Origin: the human T2T-CHM13v2.0 reference genome, Homo sapiens
NCBI RefSeq assembly: GCF_009914755.1
Contig: NC_060925.1
DNA length: 64,000 nucleotides
Reading direction: 5' to 3' (one strand)
Within the stretch, counting starts at the first letter, position 1; each line of letters starts with the position of its first letter. The position numbers and the translations under genes are program-made. A model generated the notes under the pieces. That model made no database searches. It had not been told where the DNA came from and saw only the letters and a program-made list of their open reading frames with translations. This document shows, piece after piece, positions 27,776 to 42,088 of the stretch.

Positions 27776-27871
27776 AGCTTGCAGTGAGCTGAGATCGTGC
27801 CACTGCACTCCAGCCTGGGCGACAGAGCAAGACTCCGTCTTAAAAAAAAAAAAAAAAAAAAAGAAAGAAAA
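27776..27871 (+). mobile_element. Severely 5'-truncated AluY
   Basis: agcttgcagtgag (Y-type), long A tail, exact 18-bp TSD agaaaaagttccactctt (27758-27775 and 27872-27889). Confidence 0.92.
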
Positions 27872-27899
27872 AGAAAAAGTTCCACTCTTTCAGAGTATA

Positions 27900-28090
27900 C
27901 ATTCTGGAGTCAGATGGACCTGGACTTATAAATGGCTCTTCTACTTAATTAGATTTCATTCCCCCAATTAGATTAAAATGAGAATAATCCCAGCACCTCC
28001 ATCTTAGAAATATTGTGCATATTAAATGAAAGTTTGCAGGCAAAACCTTATCACAGAGCCTGGCACACAGCGGACTCTCAGTAAACATTA
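27900..28090 (+). mobile_element. MIR
   Basis: ctggagtcagatggacctgg...taaaatgagaataat...agagcctggcacacag. Confidence 0.65.
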
Positions 28091-29759
28091 TCTATTATCA
28101 TCTTTGTAATTGTCAATTAGCAAGTTTTCTATGACAGAGAAATTTTTCTTATCAGTGTCTTTTACTTTTTTTTGTTTTCCAGATGTACCTAAGATTGTGG
28201 TCTGTATTTCCTGTGACAAGATTCCTTCCTGATGATTTATCAAGGAAGAGGTTCTTACTTTTAGATTCAGGTCTCTCTGTGAAAAACATGTTAACCTAGA
28301 AAGTTGTCTCACCAAACACTAGGAAATGTGGCATAATTGGATATCAACTTTGATGCATTGATTTTTAATGGAACATCAGCATCTGATTCCAATTCCATTG
28401 GCAGGGTCTTGTACACAATTCTAGTTTATGAGCTCATTACTTAATAAATATGATGTGCTACTTAATGAAACAAGATACTTTGTTTTATGAATTGTAAAAG
28501 AAAACCAAAAGTAAATACTAGGGGGAAGCAGGAGGCACTGCCCTATTAGTACAAAACATGTCATAGGAAGCTGTTTTCATTATAAATTAGCCTTTGTTTT
28601 ATTCCAAAGCTACAGAGTCTTCAATATGCACTCTCTGCCTCTAGTTCTCAAGGACAAGGGTGGGTCACTGGCTCGGGATGCGTTGACATCCTTCCCTGCC
28701 TTCCTCGGCCTGGCCTCTGATTAAGTGCCTACTGCTGAACATTATAAGGTCATCCAGCACTGAAAAAGGGAACTGGGAAAACATATTTAGTGTTATATTT
28801 ATTAGTGTGGATATGTGTACATTCATATATGTACACACACTCCAAATAATTTTAAATTAAAGCATTTTTAAAATACTTAATGGAGGTTAAGCAGCATTTT
28901 TAACCTCTGTTCAAGTTATTGAATGGCATATTAAAACCAATGTGTCTCTAATGTACCTTCTAATGTGCACTGCTGCTTTAACAAATTGCCTATAAATTTT
29001 ACTTGAATTAAACCTATTCCTTGTACATTCGTAGTAAGGTTAGGTTAATAATACATGAGGTTTCATTACATGCACCTTCCTTAATAATGTTTTTTAGGAA
29101 AGTGGGACAAGAATCTATGTGCAGTCATCTACTATGGGTCAGCAGTATTTGCAATCACAGATGAAAGGGAGGCAGAAGTCCTTAAGCTTGCTACTCATCC
29201 CTTCCTACCCCATCCTTCTCCCTCCATGCCCCACTGCTCACACACCAGCATGCTGTCTGCCCCTGTGGTATATGATCTAGGTCTCTCAGACATGTTTAAA
29301 TAAGTAAATGAAAGCTTCAGATTGTAGCAGCACATTTTACTGTGCACATTGCAGGGCTGGCTACTGCAAACATCTGTTTATGATAAAGATACTTCAGGAT
29401 AAGGGTTTCTCTTTTCAATGCAAGTTTTACTGTAAGAGACCATAAAACCAGGAAAAAAAAAACATTAAAGTGGAATTTCTGAAGCAAAACAAAAAAAATA
29501 AAAAATAAAAAATAAAAAAATGTCCACCCCAAAGCACACATTGCTCTTTTCGTGGGCTATGAATATGTGCAGACTATATCTTGTTTTGTTAAAAAATATA
29601 TGATACTTAGGTCACTGTTATTTTTCCTCATTTGCAAGGTTGAACACAACGCTTTTCGTAAGTGTTGTGAAAAAAACACCACAGACCTTTGCTAGGCTCA
29701 CACCTAAAAACAGGAGAATGCCACTGAGGTATTTTTGAAATATAATTATCCATTAATTC

Positions 29760-30260
29760 AGAAAATATATAGGGAGCACTGCTATGGAGGTACTTTTATA
29801 CCTGCCTGAGATAGAGCATTGAACAGTTGTGAAGGACAGCAATGAGGCTTGTTGGCTGGAGAGGAAGAAATGATCTGAAGACTTGTGGAAATGAGGTCAG
29901 AGAGTTCATGGACATTATAGACCATGAGGATTATTAAAGAATATCAACTTTGTTTCTTATTAGCTATGGTGAAAAGCAAATGGAAGGTGGAGTGATGGGA
30001 TGTTACTCAAGTTTGAACAGCATCACTTTGGCTGTCTGTTGAGAAGTGATGGAAGAAAGATAAAGGGGAGTAGGAGGCTACTTGAATAGTCCAGGAACAG
30101 AGGAAGGTGGCTTGGACCTGGCTGGTGTAAGTAAGGGTGGCAAGAAGTGGTCAAATTCTGGATATACTTGAAGGTAAAATCAGCAGAATTGGTTTTATTA
30201 GATGAGACAAAGGTTGTGGGGAAAAGAGAGGGCTCAAGGATGTCTGCAAAGATTTGGTCT
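29760..30260 (-). mobile_element. L2 fragment
   Basis: atcactttggctgtctgttgagaa...aagaagtggtcaaattctggatatacttgaaggta. Confidence 0.6.
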
Positions 30261-30299
30261 GAAAAGATTAAAACCTCAAAAACACTAGGGGAACATTGT

Positions 30300-31760
30300 C
30301 AGTAAAACATGGTAGATTGAATAATGTTTCCCTCCTGAAATCCCCAGAGATGAAATAAACAAAAAAAAAAAAAAAAAAAAAGAGAGAAGGAGAAAAATGA
30401 CAATCAATTATAGATACCTATAAGAAAAAGCTAAGCTCTTGCAGTGGAGAGCCCGACAATAAGCTAATTTATTCAAGTTGTGTAACTCTAGACAGAAAGG
30501 TTTGGAATTGAAAGCCCCAGAGATTTCCGAAGTCAGATATAAGGTGTGCTAAATACCTTCCCCAACCAGGAAGTTGTCCCTCTTACACTTCAGGAAGATG
30601 CAGTAAGCTTTTCCTTTAGAAGTTAAACTAAAGAAAGTCTGGACTCAACAAGTATGTAAACAGGCATTATGTGAAAGGTTGCTTGTGATTGTTGATTTTA
30701 TGCATCAACTTGGCTAGGCTTGGTGTCCAATTGTTTGGTCGAACATGAGTCTAGATGTTGCTATGAATGTGTTTGCAGATTTTCTCAGAACATAAGAGCC
30801 ATCACTGATAGGCAAAAGGGTCCACTGAGTGCCCAGGGATATAGAGATGGTAAAAACTTCCAGGTCGTTAAAAAAAAAAAAAAAAGTAGAAAAGAAGAAA
30901 GAATCTGATTAACATTGCTAACAGCTAATGGTACAACCATTTAAATTTTTTTAATGAAAAGTTTTCATATAATAGTAAAATTTCAAATCGTTCTTTATGT
31001 TTAGACACTTGTAGACAATAAAGACACTTCAGATATTCAAAATTTTCTCCTCAAATTACTTCCCTCCTTGTATTCTTTTTCAGAAGCTACTAGAACATGT
31101 GCTCTACCAAATACACAAATAAACCAAGAAGAGAGAACGTGTAGGATTCAGGAAATGGAGGATCCAACATAGGAGACAGGGGAAGGAAATCCCTAGTATA
31201 GCAGCAAATGTTAGCCCTTGGATATAGCTGTGCAACAGAACTAAAGATCAACCAGCCTGAACTTCCCACTCATATATCTAGTGGGAAAAAACAAAACCTG
31301 ATAGATTTCTTGAACAGAGTTCCCTTGGAGAGTTTTGTTTCCTAGAAATGCCAAAGAGAGTCCTGAAAAACTAAGGAAGACAAATTTTTTGAGCAAAGAA
31401 AATATAGTCAAATCATATTATATGGCATAGCTGTACAGTAAATTTATATAGTCATAATAAAGAAATCTCTGAATACTGATTTAACCAAATAAAGGGATTG
31501 CTAAGCAGGAGGTGAAAGGAGCTAAACATTCATCTTCTATAGGAGGAAGACAATAGATAATATCTACATTTTAAAAATCAAGGTGAAATATATGTAAAAC
31601 CCAGAATTACAGACATGAAAGCCCAGAATAAACATCTAAAGGAGTTGAAGGTGTTTTCTCTAAGCACGGAAATTCCTAGGAAAATGATAAGGCAGGGCTC
31701 TTTACATTTTATTTGGTTTTTTAAATTATGCAAATGTAAATTTTGATTAAAACTCAAATT
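30300..31760 (+). mobile_element. Decayed old L1M fragments with a small MLT2 LTR piece (about 30685-30780)
   Basis: A-rich L1M-like sequence; tgtgattgttgattttatgcatcaacttggctaggct matches an MLT2 5' end. Confidence 0.45.
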
Positions 31761-31880
31761 ATGTTAAACAATGGCAATACTGGATAATAATACTAAATTT
31801 TCTTCATGCAACCCCCTCCTGGTCTCCTTTCTCTTTTCCTGGCTCTTTTTTTGGAGGACTTTATCTGGTATATATTTGTC

Positions 31881-32179
<299 letters not shown>

Positions 32180-32451
32180 ATTAGGAGAATAACTTCTTAG
32201 TCACGATTTGCCTAAGTACAGACGCAACAAAACTCCTTTCCAAAGGTTTATTGCAAATTGTCTTCTTTTCTTTAGAGGAAGATGTAGAATGGGCATCAAC
32301 ACTAATACTGAAAAACAATGATCACATTTAAAGTATTATCGTATTTTATTTACTTGTGCAAATGTCTTATTTCCCTTGTTAAAGTTTCAATATCTTGAGG
32401 GCAAGGATTACCTTATTCAACTTGCATAACTACAATAATAATATAATTCCT

Positions 32452-32911
<460 letters not shown>

Positions 32912-33759
32912 CTAGTTTTAGATAATAATATAAAAAGAAACAGGTTGATAATTTCTTTCACTTCACCATTCCTCCTTTTAAACCACTTACTGTTTCCATT
33001 GCAATAAAATATCAATGTGACTTCACTTGTACAATATAAACATGGCTACCCAGTTCACCTTTCTGGAAACTAAACACTGATATAAAAGTGCTAAATAAAT
33101 AGTCTATTTGGTAACCTCGATAATATCTTAAACTCTTAGCAAGAAAGAAACATAATTGAGTAGAGCCACAGATCCAAAAATCATCACTATTTAAATTCAT
33201 ATCATATATTTATTTGCAAATTATTCTGTCAGTTTCCCCATCAAAATTTAAGCTCACTGAAAGTACCGTTTGCTACTACACATAAAATGTTCTCTGATTA
33301 AATTAAGAACTCAACAGTACCCAGAAGAAAATGATTTCTCAGTAAGAGAAATGTTTATCTATATGAAAATAACTGCACTGTTCAACAAAATATAATAATC
33401 CAAATCTGTAGCTTGATCATTCTAGCTTTTCATAACCAGGTTAATATCCTGGGTCAATAACTCAGCAGGGCCACTATAAACTGTAGCATGTCCTTGGAAG
33501 GAAGAGTGACTAGAATAGCAGTGAGTCTATAAGGCAAAGCATGTAAGAAACAGTCGAAGATCCCAAGAAGGGATTTTGTGCATATATTTCCTCAGGACTC
33601 AAGAGGCCTTCATTAACTTTGGCTGATTTTTTTAAAAAATGATAATAATGGGATCTATCAATAAAAGTACAAAACTCATGGTCATTAAAAGCATCTATTT
33701 GGAAGTTGACTAATGTTCTGCCAGCTAATTTTTTTAGGTGTAGGACATTCCTAGTATAG

Positions 33760-33980
33760 CCAAGGCTGTCTTCAAGGATCAATTTCTTTCTTACTCCTTA
33801 TAATAAAAGAGGCCCCAAGTTTTAAATATATACCTTGATATTCAGATAGAGCATCTATTTGCCAGCCTCTTTTGCAGTGAGGTATGGATATACAAAGCAG
33901 CTCTGATCAATAGGATATGAGTAGAACTGATACAGGCTCCACTCAGGTAACAGCTTAAAGATAAATCTGCTTACCCCTGG
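33760..33980 (+). mobile_element. ERVL LTR16/LTR33-like fragment
   Basis: tatttgccagcctcttttgcagtgaggtatgg...ctctgatcaataggatatgagtagaa. Confidence 0.45.
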
Positions 33981-35817
33981 CTAGAAATGGACAGTTGGAA
34001 GAAAATATGGAAGTTCCCTGTAGAGAAGGACAGGGGAATGCCTTTAGAGAGTCAGTAAGCTGAAGAAATGGAGCTCCAAATATGTTTTCTCAGTCTGGTA
34101 CATTTTCTACTAAATATTTTACAATACGCTGTTGAATTTTTTCAGTAAATAAAAATATTTTCACCATGTTTAATGCTCCCTACTCTTAACTCATTGACTT
34201 CATTTATAGGTCCATATGGTCTTCAGAAAAAAGAAGCATAATTATGGGGTAATTACAATGAGATCTGTATTATTATTTCTTGAACATAAACCTCTCTTCA
34301 AGGTCATATAATAAATTGAACATGAAGACAATAGAAGCTTGAGCACATTTTCAAAAACACCTTATTTTCAAGTTTTCTATAGGTTTGAGTTAAACCACCT
34401 CTTAAAACACTGATGCTCATGTCAACTTTGTTGTTCACTGAGTGATGGAGAATTTTAGGCAGTATGTTGAGTAGTAAAACTAGTCAGAGGATGCCAACTA
34501 ACATTGAAAAGGAGGATTATACTGCATTCCATGTCGGGAAAGGAGAATGAACCAAAGCATCAGGTAGATTGAAATCGGCTCTGCATGTGACATGTGTAGC
34601 TCCAGTGAAGTGGCTGCAGTGACTGAAGAAGATGGGAGAAAGGGAATATCAGGAAGCAAAGCTAGGTGTCTAGACTGCGACCGGAAGATAAAAACTCATA
34701 AAGGTTTGCCCAGATTGGACTCAAATGATAAGCAAAATAAAACCCATTTTTGGTAACCCTACAGGAGAATGACATAACGAATTAAGTGCTTTAGGGGAAT
34801 TATTCTGCCAATACTATATAGGGTAGACAGGAAAGAGCCATAGATTTGGGTGGGAGAAAAGGGCTTAGAGTTGGGAACAAAGAGATCACCACAATGAGAG
34901 CCACAAAGATAAAGGAAAGAGCAATGAAGTCAGTATTTCTTCATCCTAGGAAGGGAACAAATGAGACAGTCTTATGCATGGTGTAGATTAAATTATCCAT
35001 GGCTTTTTCTGCAATGATATGCAAAACAACCAGAAAAACAAAGGTTTTCTAACAATTTTAGTTCATCATTTAGATATCTGGTAGGTGTACAAAGTATTGA
35101 GATGATGGATTGGGTCTTTCATTGGAAGGACCAAAGGGAACAAATGTTTGTAACTATGATTTCAGAGTTTTTCCAAAATCAGAAAAATTGTTTAAAACAT
35201 GTGACTTGTATTATACATACAATTAAAGTTAGACTGGAACAGTAAATTTTAACAATTGATAATTACTCAAAAGGATATAACATTTGATCTATTAGCTTGT
35301 TTTGGTTTACTTAGAAAGAAGGATGTATAAATCATGGTTATTTGACTGTGTAGGAGACAAAGGACTTTGTTGCCAAAATTAGAGATATTGATAAACACTA
35401 AAAGAGAAAAAAACATCTCATCTTAGGATATCAAAAAGTTAATTGATTGCAAATTTGAAAGGATTAACCTGAAGGTAAAAAGAGTGAATGTGCTGTATCT
35501 GTCATTTAGGCTGTCTGCCCAGGTCTCCATAATCTTCCTGTCTTCTGGGATACTTACCACCTTGCTTCTACCTGATGAAATGGTCCCTAAAAGCTATACT
35601 CATTTTATAAGTACGTGACACCCCTGGCCACAATGAATTGGCTCAGAGGTAACCAACCAAACAAAACTGAGTCAATTCGAATTTTCCTCTAGAAATTATA
35701 ACTAAGAGGTAGCTAATAAATCGCTCTGTTGTTGCTGGTGGTAGAATTATAAACAATTTCAGGGGACATAGGGTGGCCATATACCCATGTAGAGAAAGAG
35801 AGAGGTAAAGTCCCCTT

Positions 35818-35819
<2 letters not shown>

Positions 35820-35867
<48 letters not shown>
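35820..35867. repeat. (GA)24 microsatellite inside an MLT1-like LTR remnant (about 35480-36010)
   Basis: 48 nt of pure GA repeat. Confidence 0.92.
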
Positions 35868-35869
<2 letters not shown>

Positions 35870-36933
35870 AATGAATATGTATCAGTGGAAGCATTCTAAT
35901 TCCTGAGTCCTGACTGCAGTGGTCCTTCTCCTTAGGTTTTTATGGAGTATCTAGTTATAATATAGTCTCCATTTATGTTTAAACCAGTTCAAGTTGTTTT
36001 TTAATACTTACATCACAAAAAGAATGAACTCTTCATCAATTCCTTCTTGTCTCTTTGATCTTACACACTGACCAATGCCAAAGGAAAAGCATGGCCCAAT
36101 TATCCTAGGCTGGATTCTTTGCTATGTTAACAGAACTTTTGTTCTACTCCTTCTCTGGCAAGCAAATCACACTTTTGAGTTGGTATCATGCTCATTTTTA
36201 TAGACCCATATAACTCAGAGCTAATATTGGCTGACAGGACAACAATTAGCACAGCTGTTAAACAACGGATAAGTACTTATATTTATCATCATATCATAAT
36301 GAATTTATTGTAAAGAAGGTATAGTATTTTAGTTAAAATCTTAAATGTAAGGAGAGCCATAGATGGGGTCTATCCCTCTCCCAATTGGGAAAGAGATGGA
36401 AAGATAAGTTTGTATATAATGAGATTAAACAGTGGCCTATTTTATTAATTTGATGGCATGTGGAAACAATTCTAGGTATTTCTATATAAAACTAGAACAT
36501 ATAGCCTCTTCAGCAAAAACATTTAGCCAGCTTTATTCAGAGATTTAGTTCATCATTTGAATATTTGGCATTGTATGGATATTCAACTCAAATTTTCCTT
36601 TCTCTGGAAAATAAAATTGACTCTTGTTGATCTGATTTTTAAAAAACTGTTAAAAAGGAGATTTACTTCAAGTGTAGAAATTGAGTCTCAATTATGAAAT
36701 AAATCCGATCGGCTGAGTTTTATCTAAAGTATCCTCTCAAAATAGTAACATAAATATGCAGATAATTTTGAATAAGTTAAATAGTTATATATGTGTTGGA
36801 TAATGATATAAATACAGTAATGATTTTGGAAATAAAATTTGTAGAAGCCACAAACCAGAAACAGGGAGAAGTTACCTAAGTTAACAAAAGGAATGTCATT
36901 GTGCACTGAAAATGTAATACATTTCTTTCTTAC

Positions 36934-37575
36934 CTGGTTGACACTGATTACACCTTCTTCCTTGACGATTAGGCACACACAGGCACTGGCCACTGATTGG
37001 GTCACAAATGGTCCCAGGTAATGTCCCCAAGGAATCACACTCACACATCTGGCAGTGTTGAAAATTGTCAATGGTCAAATTGTACCTGTGAGGCTCACAC
37101 TGATTACAGCGAAGACCTGTTACCCCTAATTTGCAAGGACATTGTCCTGTTGATTTGTTACACAGCAGAGAGCCATTTATTGTCCCAGTCTTATCACAGT
37201 TGCAAGGCAGACAGAGGAAAGAATTATTTTGCCGTAGGTAGAAGTTTCCCTCCAAACATTTATTGCACTGTCTCCCTTCAACATTGGGCTTGCAGATGCA
37301 CTGCCCTGTCTTAGCATTACAGACAGTCCCAGGGAGGGATCCAGCTGTGTCACAGTCACAGGCCTTACAATTGGTGACATCTAACCCATAAAAGTTTTCT
37401 CTGCAGGTGTCACACTGAAGTCCTTTGGCTTCTTTTTTGCACTCACACTGCCCAGAGTGAGGATTGCAGAATTTGTTCACTGAGCCATGGAGGTTACACT
37501 GGCAGGGCTCACATCCAACATCATTAAAGCTTCGGAGAAATTTAAATCCAAAATTGCAATGATCACACCTAAGCC
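36934..37575 (-). CDS. USH2A: Usherin exon 13 (c.2168-2809; end of LE4, LE5-7, most of LE8)
   Basis: Acceptor attttatcttTAG and donor CAG|GTAAGA; 642 nt, phase 1 to 1; [48 protein letters not shown]...[13 protein letters not shown] is recognisable human usherin. Confidence 0.99.
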
Positions 37576-37997
37576 CTAAAGATAAAATATATTTAAAAGG
37601 TGAGGATGGGAAAATGATTTCATTCAAGATAGACGAGACACAAACAATGCTACTGCAGATGATACGAACACAAAATATTGAGTGTTTTCTCACAAGCAAT
37701 GCCATAGGGGGCCAATCTTACTCTCAAAATTCAATGACAATATTTAATTTAGCTTTAATATACAACTGTTTGCGATGAACTTCATAAATTTTTAATTATT
37801 ACTTAATGCAAAGAAAAATGCTTAATGCAAATGTTGTTTCTGTTACATATGCTGGATCTCTTTTTCTCTTTAACAAATCTTAAAAACTATTTTAACAAAT
37901 GTGCTCATTTAAAATTATAGTAGAATTACATATAACAAATTAGTTGTTTTTCTAAAGATAAGAAATCTCTAAAGATGTTTAATAAAAGGTTAAGCTG

Positions 37998-38280
37998 AGT
38001 ACAAAGTTTCAGCTAGACAGAATGAATAAGTTCTGGAGCTCTATTGTACAGCATGGTGACTATACTTAATAATAATGTATTGTATACTTGAAAATTGCTA
38101 AGAGATTAGATCTTAAATGTTCTCACCCCAAAAACATGATAAGTACATGAGGTGATGGATACATTAATTAGCTGGAATTAATCATTTTATAATGTGTACA
38201 TATATCAAAACATCATGTTGTCTGCCATAAATATATACAATTTTTATTTAATTATACCTTCGTGAAGCTGGGAAAAAAGA
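37998..38280 (+). mobile_element. L1MA8/9-like 3' end
   Basis: gtacaaagtttcagctagacag...ggtgactatacttaataataatgtattgtatacttgaaaattgctaagag; degenerate TSD ending in agctga. Confidence 0.75.
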
Positions 38281-40214
38281 AAAAAATGTCAGCTGATAAC
38301 TATTTTTGTGAAAACAGCATATACACTTATTTCTGAATCCACACATTTAAGTAATTAATATAAATAAAACTTATCCAGGGCAATTTTTGGTTTAATCCTT
38401 TTGTATGCTCCTCTATTTTATCATTTTCAATTAATATAAATCATGCTCTCCTTGGCTCATAAAGCAATCACATTGCTTGTCATCTTGTGTGACTCAGAAC
38501 ATACCTCTTTAAACACTAAGTAAATTCTGTTTTTTATATTACTTCTATTTAAAGGAGTACACATATACATTTTACGAATGAAGAAAAATGTTTTATCACC
38601 TAAACTTAAATCTCTGACAAGTAAGGTTATTCTAAAAGATAAAAGGGTATTACAAGGCAAAGAAATAAAAAAATTAGAATAGTAAATGTTTAGATGCAAA
38701 ATACTTCCTTTAGATAGTTTCCAAATATCCATGAATTTAAATAACTCACTGCATGGGTTGAATCAACTGAAACATTTATTTCAAGCTATAATTGCAATTT
38801 AAAAATTAATCTTAAAATAAGAGTCAAAAACATACTCAGGAACTCATATGTAGAAAAGCATTTCCTAAACTGGAAGGAAATACATAATATATATGTATAT
38901 ATATGGATAAAAATTCAAGAACTCCAATGAAGGCAAGTTCTTTAACAGTGATGAATGACTCACCTAAGGCATATCATTTAATTTCAATAAGGAAAATAAA
39001 AAAGGACCACTATTGCTGCAAATTTTAAAAATAACTGTATTGTTAACAAGAATTATGACTCATTTTGAACTATTAAAATTGGTCTACATGGATTCATATC
39101 ATATCAGTTTTAAAAATATGCACAGTGCTTATTTGAATATGCCATACATATTCCTGACAGGTAATCTATTCCTAACGATACTCAGGAAGGCCTACAGGGC
39201 ATCACATTCGGTGTTAACAAGTACAGGCGAGTTAGCACACTTGGCATTTAATTCACATTCTTCTCCCTTTTTATTCTAGATGAATGACCTACTTTAATAA
39301 AATTATTGGTGCTAATGTATTTTACTGGTGATAGAATCATTAGTAAGATTTAACAGTTTTGTTAACTCTAACAGTTTGCTTTCTGAAGCGTATACAACAT
39401 ACACTTGTATTTTCTGGGCTTCTTTTTTTTTCATATTAACAAGGTGAAATTGAATAAAGTTACTTGCTGATCCCATTAGGAAAGTAAATATATATGCATA
39501 TCAAGTTTTTGTTTTTATAAAAAGTACTACATTTGCAGAAATAACACTAGAAATAATAATTATTTATAATACTGAAGTAATTTAGTCTTCACAAAATATA
39601 TATTTATGTTTCCTGCAGAAAACCATCTGGATCAATCAACAAAACAGGCAAATAGTAGGGATGGCATTATACATTCTAAATTAATTTTGATTTTTCCCTT
39701 CCTCAAGCTCTGGAATCTAACCATCACAAGAAAGATTCCATTGATACAAAGAAGTAATTATTTCACTGTCTTTAAAGGTCTTGCTTTAACTTTTGTTTTC
39801 ACATCTTGAGTTTAAAATATATCTCACATTAAAGAACAAAGGATGCCATACAAATTGAATTCAGGGTCTTAGAATTCCTTCAGCATCATGGATAGCACAT
39901 ACAAATATGTACTTCTCTTTACACGTTATTCTTTCTTTCTAAAAAATTAGTTTCTGTATGCTTGAGATGCATATAGGTAAATTATGGTACAGATTTTCAT
40001 GTAATGTTTCTTTAAACCAGAGAAATCTCGTGTAATGCCACTAAACACACCTACATTCTCTTTATTAAATTGAAACGCTTGTCTAGCTGAATTGTGTAGC
40101 ATGATGTACACTTACATAAATAAAAGATAAAGAATTAGATTTAGAGGTATATCACAGAAATGAAAATAGTATTCAGAATGATATGTACATATGCATGTGT
40201 ACATGTAAGCATTC

Positions 40215-40245
<31 letters not shown>

Positions 40246-41251
40246 GAGTGTGTGTAATCACTGCCAGGCATATTTTTACTATTGTAAGGTTCAGGTCAGT
40301 GTTAGAAAAACCATGGATGACTTGGTGTCTTGAATGACAATAGAAAGGCAAAGGTCTTTTTTAAACTTCCTATAGGAACCAAGACATATTCAGTTACAAT
40401 ACAGGGCTCACTTCATCAGGAAACTTTCCTCTCATAATATTCTCATATATCAAAATTTCAAAGTGCATTATGAACATAGTGCATTTTAGGCACTTGATAA
40501 ATTTTGTCCTTATGTGGCGGTGGTTCCCCTCAAAAATGTTGGATGTAATAAATTGCTATAATCAAATCTAATTTCCGAAAAATACCTGTGGGAGTAACAA
40601 ACAAAAAAGCACGTCTTGTATAAAAAAATGATAAATAACACCGAAGGCAGCTGTTTATTATAATCAACTTGGTGCTGAATTACAAAATTAAAATTATGTA
40701 GCCCTTTGTAAGTAACCCTAGCAATATACATGATCTGTAGAATTATGTTGACTTATTTTGCATTTCATAGGAACAGTTCAAAGAAATATAACAGAAAAAA
40801 ATGGAAAGATTTATCACAAAGGACCCTGTAGCACAGAATATTTTGAAAAAATCCATTTATTTTGGTCTATTAAGAAAACTAGCATGGAAATGATTTGCTT
40901 AGAACTCATTAAGTGTAAAACATTTTGAAAAAGTGCTAATTTTCTAAAAGAAACATCTATGCAGTAAGCAAATTATATTTTTCTATGACTTATTAGTATG
41001 GGACCATGGGAATTAATGCATCTACAGAATAAAGAAACTTCTAAAGGGTTGATTAAACTAAGCTTCAAGCTGCAGTTTGATAGAATTATTAATTTAATCA
41101 TTTTAAACAGTTAATTTCATCCAAATTGTTTTTTTTTCCAGCCTGTCTTGAGCAAAGAAATTTGCTTTACTCTTCAGTTAAGAAATCAAATAGAGAATTT
41201 TATTCCAGATGGTAATAGAGATGTGACTGTAAACTTTTGCGTTACACGTAC

Positions 41252-41447
41252 CAATAACGTTTGCTTTGCACTTGCACTGGCCTGAATTTTGGTGACAGGT
41301 AATATCTCCATCCACTGTCCCAGAGGTATTGCAGTTACAGGGACTGCAGCCATCAGGATCCAACTCTTGTAGATTGTAGAATCCATTCTGGCACTGATTG
41401 CACTGCCTGCCAGACACGTGTCTCTTACAATTACACTGTCCTCCAAT
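41252..41447 (-). CDS. USH2A: Usherin exon 12 (c.1972-2167)
   Basis: Acceptor atcttctcTAG and donor TTG|GTACGT; 196 nt, phase 0 to 1; IGGQCNCKRHVSGRQCNQCQNGFYNLQELDPDGCSPCNCNTSGTVDGDITCHQNSGQCKCKANVI(G). Confidence 0.98.
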
Positions 41448-41754
41448 CTAGAGAAGATACAACATTTTGTAGAATGATGAACGTATCTATTTTTAGATAA
41501 TTTGCTCATTAGGTACAAGACAGGGAGGGAGGGAGAAGAAAACTAAATGTTCAACAGACAAGAAGGTAATAAGATATTTTTCCTCTTGACACACAACATG
41601 GGAGGCTTCAGCAGGGGGAATATACAGAACTGAATGAAAATAAAACCCATAGAAGTTAGTCGTATAAGAATAAAAGGGAAATGGGGAATTAACCATTCAA
41701 TGCTATATAAAGAAATAAAAATATAAATATGTAGAGACTGAAAATAGAAAATAG

Positions 41755-42088
<334 letters not shown>

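Noticed and set aside
30354-30380. AATAAA followed by A20 as a processed pseudogene end
   Set aside because: No TSD and no mRNA-like body upstream. It lies in decayed L1M-like sequence.
36997-37380. Overlapping 105-aa (+) and 67-aa (-) ORFs over exon 13, and similar ones over exon 12
   Set aside because: Shadow frames of a coding exon, with no recognisable domain or independent signals
36896-37705. 269-aa ORF as a standalone gene or N-terminally extended protein
   Set aside because: It is exon 13 plus chance open frame in the flanking introns. The LE pattern starts and stops exactly at the AG (37577-37576) and GT (36933-36932).
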